Assembly (NCBI RefSeq): GCF_006345805.1 | Contig: NC_042997.1 | Location: 1,550,001 to 1,614,000, forward strand | Origin: Octopus sinensis | Taxonomy: Eukaryota | Length of the DNA stretch: 64,000 bases | Direction: 5' to 3' | Shown here: positions 26,331 through 41,184 of the stretch, one piece after another | Layout of the letters: every line of letters begins with the position of its first letter | How positions within the stretch are numbered: position 1 is the first letter of the stretch | The notes under the pieces: model-generated | The model's input: the letters and a program-made list of their open reading frames with translations, nothing else | The model's database searches: none | What the model was told of the DNA's origin: nothing | Position numbers and translations under genes: made by a program

Positions 26331-26399
26331 TTATAATATATGTATATTGTTATATTTCGGAATTGTGTTATTTGGTGTAATTTGGTGTTATTTTGCTTC

Positions 26400-29000
26400 A
26401 GTGTTATTTATTTTTTACATTAATCTTAATCTTATTTCGGACAGAGTTCACTCCTGTGACCGCATCAGTGGTCCTTTGTTTTCTTCTTTCTTATTTGTGT
26501 CTCTCCTTACTAACCGTCAGCCATTTTGTATTTCTATTGTATGTCTACATTTGCGCATGCTTATATCTCTATGTTTATTTAGTGTGTTTGGAGGGATGTC
26601 TGTAATATTTGTATCTTCTGTTTATATACGTTCATTTAATTTGTTTTTGTTGATGTTGTTTTTGTTTATTCTTATTTTGTTCATGTGTTTACATCCACTT
26701 ATTATTATCATTGCATATGCTTGTATGTATGTATGTATAACAACAATACTAGTAATAATAATAATAAATAAAAAAATATTTCAAATTTTAAAAAAAAGTT
26801 ATATAGTTATTTATTTCTATTTGTTTATATATCTGTGTATTTTATTTATTATGTTTTCGGTTTTGTTTATATTGTAACCAGTTTATTGGTATCCTCTACC
26901 GTCATATGTTGTGTGTGCTAGTGTTCCATTCTAGTTTCCTATTCAGGCTAGGTTTATTTTCTATTATGTGTGTAGCTTCTGTAATTTGTCTGATTGTAGC
27001 ATCTGTTCTATGTCTGAACAATATTTTAATTTCTATGTTGTTCATTGGTCCCCCGTGTTCCTGTGCGGCGTGTTGGTATAGAATCGATGAGCTTTTACCT
27101 TCCTTGAGTTCTGTCCAATGTTCATTTACCCGCTCTTCTATGCCGTTTCCCCTACGTATATCGTTGTCTTGTTACTGCATCTTATACTATAGACTACATT
27201 TCTGGCTTTACAGTTTGTTTGTGGGTTAAATCTACATACAGTACAGTACTTATCGGTACAGGGGATTCTACTAAAAGGATTGGTTCTACCGATTATTGTG
27301 GGTGGTCTACCTCTTAAACATCTACTGGGGCAGAAACTACTAAGACCATTCCGAAATATAACAATATCTGTTTCAACACACGATTTCACATAAAAAAATC
27401 TCGCACAACAAATATATAAACATACTAATATATGTATATTTTTATTTCTTTTGGGTGGCATTAGTTGAATAATAGTTATTATTTTGAGTCTGGGTTTATA
27501 AACGATGTCCATTTCAATGCGTTTATTGACTATTTTAATTAGGATGTTAAGGAAAGTTAGTTGTTCATTGCTGTGTTCCATTGTGAATTTTATGTTGCCA
27601 TTGATATATTTGGACGTTGGTTTGAAATGGAGGATATTGTCCATACTATCGTTCCAAAGTATAAAATAATCATCGAAGTACCTTTTGTCTAGTCCTCCTT
27701 TAAATAGCAATGAAATGAGGTGCCGTATTTTTGTTGTGATGAGGGGTATATTTTAAATTCTAAATTGCCCATTACAAGATTCACAAGTACTGGGGCACAT
27801 CCAGTTCCCATTGCGATTCCACACGATTATCGATATTAAACTGTATAGAACATGAAATAGTTGTTCTCGAGAATACATTTCAATGCTGTTATTATGAAGT
27901 TGTGACTGATGGGTCCTGGGATATCTTCTGGATATTTTTCAAGCCAGAAGGTGATCTCTTATAAAGACTAATCATGTGGAATATTGGTGTACAAGTTAAC
28001 CACATCTAATGATACTAATAAGGTCCCTTCATTTATTGTTTTCGCGAGGTGGTTAAGCACGTCTAGATCACCTCTGATGAAACTCTTCCCATATTTCAAA
28101 AATGGTTCAAGTGGGATGTCGAAGAAATTGCTCAAGCAATGATATTCACAAGTTGGGCCGGCAATAATGGATCTTATTTCAAGGTCAGTAGGGGAAAGAA
28201 CATTAATGTTGGTGATTCCTTGCAAGCTTTACTAATCTTTGAACTTTTATGTATTTTGGGTAAGCCGTAGAAGAGACTTAGTTTGCATTTGAAATTGGAA
28301 AGATAATCGACTTCTTTTTTATTGAGGACACTTTCATGTATTTGACTTATCGAGGACTAACTTTTTAGCATGTTTTGCGGGTTATAGCTCTCTACCGTCT
28401 CAAAGTAGGCATTGTTTTCCAGCATGGAGAGTATTAAATTTTTACAGTACCCTGTGTCCAACACTTCCATTATCGGCTTCTTTAATCTTCAGGATTATAT
28501 CTTTTTGTAACTCGATTACGTTTTTCCAATCATTTGCGTTGAGGCTGGATTTAATTCTTTGTATGAGTAGGGAATTGAATGGAAAATTGGTAATGTGTTA
28601 CACTACTTTATTTCTACATTTGGTTGGAAAGTATTCGTTTATGTTTTCAGTATTGAGCCATATTCGTTGTAGTTATGAAGTGCTTCTATGAGATATAATT
28701 TTCGGTAAAAGTCCATAATGTTGCTCTTGATTTCATTCTGATTAGCTCTACAGGGCTTTGGTGTAAACTTTAGACATTTTGTTAAATTATTAGTTTATGT
28801 ACTAGATAGGATTTTCTTTGATACGTTGATTACTTTCGGATTTTTCATGTATGTTTTGTTCCATTTTGTGTCTCTCTTTCTCTGATTTAGGTCTAAAAAA
28901 ATGTTTGTATTAAGTGGATTGTTGTGGGAAGTCTGTATTGCATTTGGTTTAGTGTGGAGGAATTGGGTGTAAGGGACGCCTGTGGTAATATATTTGTTAT
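26400..29000 (-). mobile_element. Penelope-like retroelement (RT then C-terminal GIY-YIG), degenerate
   Basis: KCLKFTPKP, YGLPKIHK, RSIIAGP, SLDVVNLYTNIPHD, GIAMGT, RYFDDYF, CKARNVVYSIRC..YVGET. A hammerhead remnant lies at 26428-26474 in the 3' region. Confidence 0.9.
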
Positions 29001-29129
29001 GGGGTGACTATGTACTGAACTAGATTGTGGTTAATCTGAGGGTGGTTATACTGTCTATACTTCATGCGGTTTTGGTAGAGGGGAAATTATATTCGATATA
29101 GCTTCATGTTCGTAGAGTTTACTATCGAC

Positions 29130-29325
29130 AAACGTGTGGAATTTCAATGGGAACTTGGGCTTCCTCAGTGATTGCGTAGCTTGTAATGGGCTAATTACAA
29201 CTGAAAATGTGCCATCTATCACAACAATATGACACCTCATTCCATTCCTATTTAAAAACGGGAAAAGAGATTTGGATGATTGTTTTATACTTTGGAACGA
29301 TACTGTTGACAAACCTCTCGTTTAT
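29130..29325 (+). mobile_element. Inverted Penelope RT fragment
   Basis: GISMGT..LVMG and [12 protein letters not shown], in the opposite orientation to the adjacent copy. Confidence 0.7.
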
Positions 29326-29360
29326 AAACACACACATATATACGTGTGTGTGTGTGTGTT

Positions 29361-29424
<64 letters not shown>

Positions 29425-29609
29425 TAGATAGATAGATAGATAGATATATAGATAGATAGGTAGATAGATAGATATATGTGTATATATATACATATATGAA
29501 TGTATGTAAAAGACTTTCTCCCTTCCCGGGCGTTAAACTAATACATCTGTTTGTTGTTTACACACCTGTTTTTATCTTTTGTTTTTTTTGTATAGTCTCA
29601 CTATATATA

Positions 29610-29642
<33 letters not shown>

Positions 29643-32069
29643 CTACGTGTGTGTGAGTGTGTGTGTGTGTGAATGTGTACATGTATTGGTATATACACGC
29701 ACACAAATACAAATATATATATATATATGTCACAATAGTTTATGGTTACCACTTCTGGTATAATGCAAATAAAAGTTTCTTAAAGGAAGCTAGATAATTA
29801 AATAATTAATGAGATTATGATTAAATACAATGATAATTAAAAACAACAAGCCAGCAATCTGAACAATAGTGTCGTCAGCAATAATGGGCATAGAACATTG
29901 CTTGCAGTAAAAGTGCATCCATCCGCAGCTGATCATTAATTAAACAAATACTTTAGCAAATAACACTTGTAATTCGGAAAGGCCATTCTACCTACTTTTC
30001 AACTATATAAGATCTTGGTAGTTCAAGTCTACGCTAAAAAATGTTGTGGCTGCATTATTGATTTATCCTGCACACAACACAACTTGAGCAGGCTATAAAC
30101 TTTTAGCATTTGTGAGTCTTTTTGAAACGTACAGGAACAATGTTTAATTAAACGCATTTATCAGTGACAGTAAATAGTTTGTTGGAGGCTTGTTTAGGAA
30201 ATATTTAATTAGGCTGCCTTCAGTAACGTTACATAGATTCGTGGCGTGTTTGTTATTAGGAAATTAGAAACGTTTGCATGCTTGCAAAAGTATGATACGC
30301 ATGGAACATCTCAGTTTGAAAGGACAAAATTTACCTAAAGCAAAAAACCGAAATTTTTGCACAAGAGTGTAATTTTCAGATAAATTATCCAAAGTTAATA
30401 CAAAAATATTCGTTCATTATTGTGTAATACATTTTTTGGTTATAATAGATAAATCTATTGCCGTGGATATGAGACATCAAGTGGAATCCAACATTTCATT
30501 TTATAAAATTTTGTTTCAGATATCATTCCAAAAACTTAAATTTCCTAATGTTTGATAAACATCATTAGTATATGAAATCTTCACTTATAATCAATGCAAA
30601 TGTTGTTTTTAAACCCACTCCAAGTGAAGCTTAATTATTCATCTGTAAATATTCAGAATTATTCTGATTAATAGTTAAAAGGACTTGAAGAAATTTCATT
30701 TACTATTAGTATTCATGGATTCCATAGAAAAGGCTTATTATTTCTATTCAGTAAAGCTCAATTCTTCTCATCACATAAGAAGCAGTCTGGAATTAATGTG
30801 TTTAAATCTTATGCTTCATCTCAGATATGGGATCAAATAAACACTTACATCACAAAGCTTCGTATTAGCATGTATGAATTAAACTGATAAGAAAGTGAAA
30901 GAAAATTGTTGCGGAATGAGGAACGTAGTTTGTTACGGCATTTGAAAGTTCACAATGCTTTTCTTTCATAGGTACGAAGGGGGAGAAGTGAGAAATACTA
31001 GATTTCTAATCTACCCACACACATACGAGAAACCATAGCAAAATCGTTTTCTGCACTGTATACTAAAGAATCTGATGGGAAATAAAATGGATTTCTAACT
31101 CTGAATATTCAAACTACTTATTAATAATATATTTAACCGCAGTATGAAATCATTAATGAAGTTGAAGTCTAACGTTTGTAAAGTTCATAAAAGTTGTGAC
31201 ATTTCACAAGTTATTTGCCAGCAATAAAACAGAAGTATAATGATGTTGGCCATATATCAATATGTAACTAGTCTACTATTGTGATGGTAAAGAAGGCATA
31301 CTGCCATCAGCAGGGTATGGTTACAAGGATTTCTTTTCTTTAAGCCAAACCATGACTTATGTTATTCATTTACATGTCGTCTATTATTATAAAATTAGGA
31401 AAGTTTGCATGACTGCAAATGTTTAATATGCATGGAGCATCTCAATTGGAAAGTGAAGCTCGTGAAGTCGTGTCATTATAAATAATAGATAGAAAAGTGT
31501 GTGCTCCTGTATAGAAGAAATCTTTGAGCACTAGAACTGATATGATGTCAGTTACCAAGTGCCCTTATATTGCGTTTCACAATCAATAATTAGGCACATA
31601 AAGGCATGAGAAGCAGAATGCACATGTGAGAACCTGATCTAGCAGGTTCTAAATTACAGCAAGGTTAAAAGTTTTACTGATACCATGTTCAAAACTAAAG
31701 GTTTCGTCGTTCATCAAAAGTGATGTGATGAGCGCGCAATTGCTATAGATGTTGCTGCATAGAAACCGTGCTGGTATTTACTGGGAAGGAGCAAAGAGAG
31801 GATATGCTGCATTAAAACCTTTCATTAGAAATATTTCCAGTCTACTTGTAGCAATAATTACGGAAAGTAAGGTATAGCGTTGTAACTCAGATATTTTGCA
31901 GTACATGAGAATGGGATATAATATCCCGTCTTACAAGATATGACATAAGCATTTACGAGTAAATTACAGGTGATATCAGTTACGTATTCCATCCGTACAA
32001 CACTAGTAGTTTTCGTACCAATACTGCACTGCCATTGAATCTGTCCATTAGGTAACTCTCGTCTTCGAT

Positions 32070-33329
32070 ATATTGGGTCATCCCATAAATACTGCATTTA
32101 TTTTTTCACTTGCATGAACTAAAATTCGGAGGAGGACGAGATAAACTACTTGCATCACCCGCTATTATAGTTAGGTTGGAATTTTACCTCGTCCTTATTT
32201 TTGAAGAGTGCAGTTCGATTTTAGCAGTTATTTTTTCAAAGTTAGATGGGAAATGACAAAGAAGCATATTCGGCATATTTTGCTTTATGAGTTCCACAAC
32301 GCAACAACGCAACGGAAAGTGTGGGGAATATTAATGCAGTATATAGGGAAAGGACAACAAGCGTAAGCCAGTGTCAAATGTGGTTCTAGAAATTCCGAGC
32401 CGGAAACTACAACCTAGAAGACGAGCCTCGTCCTGGAAGATCTGTACAGCTCGACGAGGACGTTCGGCAAACCCTGGTGGAACAAACCCCATCGTAACTG
32501 TCGAGGAACTTGCAGAGAATCTTAGATTTGGTCATTGAACTATTCCTCGGCACTTGCGTGTCATCGGAATAGTAAGCAAATTGGGTCACTGGGTTCCTCA
32601 CAAACCTACGGTATCTGATCATAGGCAGAGAGTGAATGTATGTTCTTTGCTGTCACGCCTCACGATTGAACATCTTTTGGGCCGAATAGTGACTGGTGAC
32701 GTGAAATGGATTCTCTATAAAAATGTCAATCGCCAAAGACAGTGGTTAGGGAAAGGAGAAATACCGGCACCTCAGGCTAAAGATAGTCTTCACCCAAATA
32801 AGGTGTTGTTAACTGTTTGGTGGTATATGGAAGGTTTATTCCACTTTGAACCTTTAAACCCAAACCAAACGATAAGGAAGGAGGTTACTACGAGCAGTTT
32901 GAGTGTCTGAAATCAGCGCTAGAAGAAGAAAAAAAACGACCATATTTGGTTTGAAGACGAAAGGTGTTCTTGCATCAGGATAATGATCGGCTACATAAAG
33001 CGAGGATGACATTCGAAAGGCTGGAAGTGTTTGAATGTAAAACGATGCTCCACTCGCCATATTTGCCGGACATATTTGCCATTCTGAGCATCATTTATCC
33101 TGCAGTCTTCAAAATCATTCTGACCCAAAAATATGAATTCTGTAGACGAGGGCATATCGGTACTGGAGGAGTATTTTGGAAGAGAGCCCTTGCAAGTCAC
33201 CAGGTGAAAGAGCGGTGCAGAAAATGAAGGAGAGTATATTTTAGAATAAAAAAAGTACTTTGTTTATCGTAATTTTGAAATATAAATGTAGTATAAAAAA
33301 ACCGAATTGTTTATATGATGACCCAATCG
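32070..33329 (+). mobile_element. Full-length decayed mariner with TIRs
   Basis: TIR ATTGGGTCATC..ATAAA at both ends. Motifs LEDEPRPGR, WVPHKP, IVTGDVKW, HQDNDRLH and HSPYLPD, with frameshifts. Confidence 0.92.
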
Positions 33330-33859
33330 ATGTTATGATGTATCAATTACAAATTATTAGGTATTATCTGGACTAGTGGATTAGAAGTATCCTAAAGATC
33401 ATGGTTTGTCCTACTGAAAGTTATAAGTTTGCAAAAGAACCTATAAATTTATTCATTTCATGATATGTTTGTATGCTGAAACAATATCATCTTGTTTATA
33501 AAGAAACTCGAAATCATTGAGATGCACTTTAGCCTACTTGTTTAATAAGGTAGAAGTTTTGCTTTTTTGTGCATCACAACAATTAAATATCTGTTATAAT
33601 TTATACTGTAATAGCACATTTTAGAGTATATACAAGGTGCATTTTTGATATGTTCCTAAACCTCATGTGCTACTCTTCGAGGTTTATGAAGGCAGGATCT
33701 TTTCGTGGTAGTCGATGCGACTTCATTTATAATTTTAGATTGTAATCTGGGATACTTTTATATGAATAATAACATCAGAAAGTATCGTGCATAACCTTAA
33801 TTTGTCAGACGGTGGGGGAAAGGAAGATTAGTTACTTTTACAGTGGCCTTAAATCGTTT

Positions 33860-34100
33860 GTTTCTTATTTCTTTACTACCCACAAGGGACTACAAACAGA
33901 GAGGACAAACAAGGGCAGACAAATGGATTGAGTCGATTATATCGACCCCAGTGCGTATCTGGTACTTATTTAATCGACCCCGAAAGAATGGATTTGCTAA
34001 GTCCACCTCGGCGGAATTTGAACTCAGAACGTAACGGCCGACGAAATACGGCTACGCATTCCACCCGGCGTGATAGCGTTTCTGCCAGCTCACCGCCTTA
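33860..34100 (-). mobile_element. SINE family B
   Basis: Reverse strand reads AAGGCGGTGAGCTGGCAGAAACGCTATCACGCCGGG..GAGTTCAAATTCCGCCGAGG..TTTCGGGGTCGATTAAATAAGTACCAG. Confidence 0.85.
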
Positions 34101-34329
34101 CATCGTTTGTTTCTAATTAACGGGAACAATTGTAATTTTACATCTATAGAATTTAATTTTCTATAATTTCAGTTGTTCCAAAATAATTGATTATAGGCAT
34201 GCTGCTTCTGTTTACACCCCCTTCAAACACAAGCACATAGGCACACGCACATACTCACATACACTCTCACGCATACACACTTACACATACTTGCACACGG
34301 ACACACGCTCGCACACACACATATGTATC

Positions 34330-34426
<97 letters not shown>

Positions 34427-35755
34427 GAGCCCCAATGTATGGCTGTATACGTTTCTGCATATGCATAACTTCCCTTATATACATAGGTCCGTGCATGCAT
34501 ACATGCATGTATACACACATACATCATGCACAATCGCGCACGCGCACATGTATATATACTTTTTACAATTAATTAAAAATGCAATCATGTATACCTGTGG
34601 AAATGTTGTCTCAATTTGAAACTAGGAATATGATTAATTACCCATAATACTCTGCAAGTGGATACTATGGTAGTCAATGAATTCAAATATAGGAAGAAGA
34701 AAATTTAATTTCTTGAAAAATATGCACGCTCTTCTACCATTAGTATCATATACCAACTGCGTAATCAAACTATGCTTAGCTTAACGTAGAAAGTATGAAC
34801 AACAATGCTGTGTTAAGAGACAGAAGATTTTTATTTCAGTTCACATCTTTAATAACTGTAAGTGTATTATGGAAATGGTTGTTAAGAATGACTACTAAGA
34901 TGATAATGCTGATATATTCATGCTTATATAAATTCACAGTTGTGGAACATCTATAAAGCAGAAAGGTATCGTGCATTCCGACCGTTATTGTGTGTTACTC
35001 TTTTTAAACAAGTTCTATAAAAAACCAGTTTGAATTTGTATCTCCAGCTAGCAGATAGTGATGCACTTCAAAATATTTCTCAAATTATTTTCTTACTTTA
35101 TTGTTTAGAAAACAAATCGGAATTTACTTCATGTAATTCATTTTTTTCTCTATAGCGTTAGATAAAAAAAACTAAAAAAAACGTTGAACTTTATCTGGAT
35201 TTTATTAGAAACAGTTTGTGTCCACCATGTCTTTACCACTTGTAGACTTGTAGAAAACCCTGATTTTGCTCATTGGCAAATACTTTACTTTCAGTAATTC
35301 TTCTAGTAGATATTGCCATCGATATTTCTTTCTGGAGTTATGTTGTCTTCTTTACTATTGGCATACGATGAACAAATTTCATAATAGAGAATAGTATGTT
35401 CTCTTAAAGTTTACTAAATACGTCTTAACAGAATCAAAGATTGACTCATATTCTTGTGTAGATATCTAACTTCCTCTGGTCTTCGGAACGTATTATAATT
35501 TGATAGGTCAGGTTGTAGAGAAGATATTTCTGATCAACTGGTTATTAAGGGTCTTTAGTTTCTGGTTCTTCTAAATTGTCTCAGCGTGGAAATCATCTTT
35601 GCAATGCAATGCTAATCCAAGTAAGTTAGATTTCAATGAAAGAAAAAAAACTTATATATAAGTCTCAGCCTTATATCCCAGTGGGTTACAACTGAGCCTT
35701 TGCCCATCAAATGAATCACAAGCTAGTCTTCCTCTTTCTTCACACTCAGTTGTTT

Positions 35756-35808
<53 letters not shown>

Positions 35809-37106
35809 TATATATATATTGTATATTATTACGTATATTGCTGATGTTTACTAGAATATCAGGTTCTTGCTAACAGTTGTTATTATGATTCTGTATCCTC
35901 ATGTCTTAATACTATTAAAAAAATTTCTTCTGTAGATTGTTTGTTGAGACGTTAACAGTATAACATATTTATAATTTCTAAAGAGCAGTTTTAGTGAGGC
36001 TGAAACCAAATATCACATTGATAGTTTGATACAACCTCTGGATTTTGCTTCTGAACCAACTTACTTGCTTAGATGACCGATGGAAAAATTCTGACGAACA
36101 TGATAACACTATACATCACATGAGTTGATTCATTTGAAGACATATTAATTGTTTGGTTTATTTGGGTCACTGATTGCAATAATAAAATTTACATTTGCTC
36201 TATTGGATCTACATAATTGTTTAAAGTACGGAAATAAGAGCATTATTACCAGAGAAAGGTTACTAAATACACTCTTTACTCGTTTCTTAACACGTCAATT
36301 TTACGTCGCACACATGTGACCTGATTACTAATACAATACTGTGAAGCTTTGGAAGATTTACCTTTTTTCTTTACCATGTTAAACGAATGGACATATCTGC
36401 TTGTTGTATGCATATTCATTGATTTTGAAATGTTGACATCATTCATTGATAATCACTTCCAGATTCTAATTCTTTTGTTTAGTCGTATACAGGTTCAAGA
36501 ACTTTCAAAATGAAAATATTTGTATGCATGGAACTATACGGCAAACATTTAAAGATTCGTTCCAGAAAATATATTCAATTTCTTATCGAACTTCTATTCA
36601 TGAATACACTATCAAATATTAGTCATTATTGCATTATATGCAGCAATAATATTTTTAACTACGATAACATTTGTTATTCCTGTAGTTCTGTGTTGCCGAA
36701 TCTTCACACATATACAAAACATTATACTAAATATTTTCACATAAATACATAATAATTGTTCCTATTCTTCTACATATGTAGACAAGTATTATATATAGAC
36801 TATAGGAAAACGATTATTATGTTTAAAATATATTTTAGTGTAAATAAGTTCTATAAAACCTCATATTCCATTTACGTGTATCTAAAAGTAAAAAGGTATC
36901 ATTATTCACATCACTATTAGAGTTGTGCTAATATTAAATCCTAATTGCAAAGACCTAGCCCAAGTCTTCAGCCAATAGAGATAAACTCATTTGGAGTTTA
37001 AGAAAAACATTTTTAACCCTATTTTCAAGTGTTGACATACGGTATTTTTTAAGGTGAAATATAAGTTGATCATTGACGTGTTGTTTTTCTATTAATGATG
37101 TTTAAG

Positions 37107-37163
<57 letters not shown>

Positions 37164-37321
37164 CTACAAATCCAAAATGAAAACTTTATATCTATTGTCA
37201 CAACATTTCCTATCAGTTATTAAAAAATAACATAAAAACACTTCAATTATATTTCACAATTGTTCCTGATAGTTATATGCATTTAACATCGGTTAGTCTC
37301 CTGTTACTTAACTACCTAGTC

Positions 37322-37356
<35 letters not shown>

Positions 37357-37528
37357 TGATGATGATGGTGATGATGATGATGATGGTGGTGATGATGATG
37401 ATGATGATGATGATAATAATAATAATAATATAATAATAATAATAATGATAATAATAATAATAATAATAAAAATAATAATAATAATAACAATAATAATAAT
37501 AATAATAATAACAATAATAATAATAATA

Positions 37529-39730
37529 GAACTGAAACAAACAGTAGTCTGTTCAAAACAGGCATAACTAGTCATTTCAGTTAGTCATTTCAAGGCTACT
37601 AGATCGAAAGATTTGGCGAATGTCATGCACGAATAGCTGCAAACTCATCATCTTGTTAAATATCGATCAAGGAACGTCAGACTGGTTGACATTGAGTAGG
37701 ACAGTGCTGTGCCTGAAAAACATCGAAAAAGGCAATGCGGTAGACAATTACCGGCCGATATCCAGTTAGCCACTTATGTGGAAATTATTGACTGGAATAA
37801 TAGCAGAGTCAATTTCCGAACATCTGGGAAAAAATGGAGTCCTGCCACATGAGCAGAAGGTTTGAAGCGTAAGTGCAGAGTTACCAAGGATCAACACTTG
37901 ATAGACAAAACTGTACTTAGAGACTGCAAGAGGAGGACAAGTAACTTAGCCATGTAGTGAATCAACTATCCTAAGGTGTACGATATGATCCCACATTTTT
38001 GGATTATAGAGTGTATAAAACTCTTTAGTATTGCATCGAATGTTGAGCGATTGCTTGGGAAAAGTATGGCGAATTGGAGGACCAACCTGACAGCATACGG
38101 AAGAAGTTTAAGGACAGTAGAAATTAGGAGGGACATCTTCCAAGTGGACTGCCTGTCCCCACTGGTCTTTGTACTGTGCTTGAAACCACTAACACAGAAT
38201 CTGAGGAAAGTAAAAGCTGGGTATGTATTCAAAAGCCGCCAGCAAAATGTCAAGCATTTGTTATTCATGGATGACCTCAAACTTTATGGTAAAGATGAAG
38301 CCCAAGTTAGTTCCCTTGCTGATATCAGAATGGAGTTTGGGCTGAGAAAGTGTGGTGTGTTTGTCTTCAAGAGAGGCTAAATCAAATGTATGGATGGGCT
38401 AATTATACCTTTTGGGTGAGGTTATGAAGCAGATAGAATAGACAGGCTATAAATACATGGGGGATTTTGGATATGGATAAATAGATGGAGAAAGAAATGA
38501 TAGAAAAATTTAAGGCGGAGTTCTTGCGCAGACTGAGACTGATCCTTAACTCGAAATTAAATGAACGGAATAAGATCGAAACTATCAACACCTGGGCGGT
38601 TCACTCCTTAGATATGGAGCAGGGGTAATCGCATGGATAGTAGACGAACTACACAGCTTAGACAGAAAGACAGGGAAGTTGGTAACTAGATATGGGTCAC
38701 TTCATCCACAAAGTGAAACAGACAGATTGTATGTACCAATAAAAATAGGGTAAGAGGACATATTGGATGTTAACACAGCATTAGAGCAGAAGAAAACAAC
38801 ATAGCACGGTATGTAAAAATGCCACAGAACCGCTGTTGTTAGAAGGAAGAAGGTCAGACTTGTGTAAGATGAAAGATACAAGAAATTGAAAACGAATGAC
38901 AATGAAAATAGGTGGGTTAAAAAAGAATGCACGGTCAATTTCATAGGGGTGTTGGAGATAAGACAAAGAAAAAAGAAGGCTGTGGATGAATAAAAGTGAT
39001 TTTAAACCGGAAACGGAGGCTCTAATCTGTGCTGCCCAAGAGCAACCACGAAGAACAAACTACTTAAAATACAGACCAGACAACACAGTAGCAAGTGATA
39101 AGTGTAGAATCTGTGGACAAACGGTGAAGCTGTATGGCATATTACCAGCCAATATACGCCACTAGCCCAGATGGAATATAAGAGACGTCACGACAATATA
39201 ACCAGACTTGTGTATTGGACACGCTGCAACAAGTATGGACTTGACAGAGCAAAACATCGGTACGACCACAAGCCTGAAGGTATCATCGAGAACAGAAATT
39301 CAAAGACCCTATGGGATTTTATGATTCAGTGCGACCATGAGATAGAGATAGGAAGCCGGACATAGTCTTAATTGAGAAAGAAAACAAACTATACTGGATC
39401 ATAAATATAGCATGCCCAGCTGAGTAGAAGTTATGCTATAAAGAAGAAAGAAAAGTTGAGAGAAATGACAGGTTAGCATTGGTCGATGAAAAAAGTAGCA
39501 GTAGTACCAATAATTGTCGGAGCCATGGGAACAGTGAATAAAAATCTCGTGAAGTACGTGCAAAAAATAGTGGCTGCAACCAGGGTGGAGCACTTGCAGA
39601 AAACGTCACTGCTTTGAACAGCGCGAATACTCCGGAAAGACTCGAAAAATAAGACCTGTTACCTTAGTTCACTGGTAGTGAGCAGCTGACACTCTAGTAC
39701 ATCTCCAACTTTAGAAGCTGCGCAAAGGCA
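37529..39730 (+). mobile_element. 5'-truncated R4/Dong-type non-LTR retrotransposon inserted in (TAA)n
   Basis: RT motifs NYRPI, YDMIPH, IFQVDCLSP and HLLFMDDLKLY; C-terminal CRICG..H, YKRRHD and PDIVL (RLE region). (TAA)n flanks both sides. Confidence 0.9.
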
Positions 39731-39754
39731 ATAATAGTAATAATAATAATAATA

Positions 39755-39814
<60 letters not shown>

Positions 39815-40529
39815 TAATAATAATAATGATAATAATAATTATAATAGTAATAATATTTACTACTTTTCTAATTTGCGCAAATATTTCACACACGCATACA
39901 TATATACAATCTGATACAGACATATATGATCAGACTTATAAGCACATATCATTGGATAATTTAAAATACTTCTACTTCAACTCTCCGTATGAAATTTCTA
40001 AACTGTCTAAGAAAAATGCTAAACATGTGCAACTACTAATTAGCTTGGTTCGTATGGAGGTGTGTAATATTAGAGTATATAGTGTAGTAGACGGTCGATG
40101 GAGAAAATATTATATGCAATATTAGCTATTATATATTGTGTAATGATAAACAGTTTTAAGCGTTGCAATTTCATAATTTTGTCTCATTTATTTATTACTT
40201 GTCGTTGATATATAACCTGGTATCTGCTATTTGGTCTCATTAGCATTAAACATAAATCTTCCTTCAAGCCAATCCATGTCGAAAAATATCCCTTCCATTG
40301 TAATATAATATGACATTATACTATTATATCATGCGCAATTATAACTAATAATTTGACACCATTGAAAATTAACACTTAGTAATTTGCCACACACATTATT
40401 TTCTCGTAAAGAGATATAGAGATAGTATTTCTTGCAAAGTAAATGGAACATATAAGTTTCTCTCTCACTTCTACTCTGTCTGTCTGTCTCTGTCTGTTTC
40501 TCTCTCTCTTTCTGTCTCCTTTTCTCAGC

Positions 40530-40586
<57 letters not shown>

Positions 40587-41184
40587 TTTGCGTGTTTACA
40601 TGTGTATGTGCGTATAGCGTTAGTTTCCAATAATTACTTCTCATTCTACTGTTAAAATATGTTAGAAAGTAATTATTGAAAGTCCATTACAGACTGTTTG
40701 ATTAACCTCACTTTCATTTTATAACACCTCACACTTCGTCTCATTTATAGATTTGGTTTAACCTAGCATTTTTCTTCTTTCCTGCATATATAAAGAATTT
40801 AAATTCAGTCCGTCATAAACAAAACTGCAGGGTAACGTTTAATAAAGCTTTTATTTATACTGTTCAGTAGGCGATAAATTATTTTCCCTATACCTAAGTA
40901 GCATGAACATTTAGTGAAAGTCATTGGATATTACGACATAGGATATTACGTGCGTTTTGAAGTATGTGGTGTGTATGTTTCTAACAATTACACAAATTTA
41001 CAGTCCTGAACAGATAATTAATCCATCCTGCAAAAAGGAAAGGCAATTATGGCAATGTATGGAAGCACATATGGCTCAAAACAAATAACACGGAAATATA
41101 TATCCGACCCACCTTTCTCTTCTCTCCCTGTCTATTTCCTTCTTTTTTACCTCCTTTCTTTCTCTTTCGCTATAATATATATAT

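Noticed and set aside
26323-26877. 184-aa hydrophobic ORF resembling a membrane protein
   Set aside because: It is the T-rich antisense strand of the A-rich 3' region of the Penelope element.
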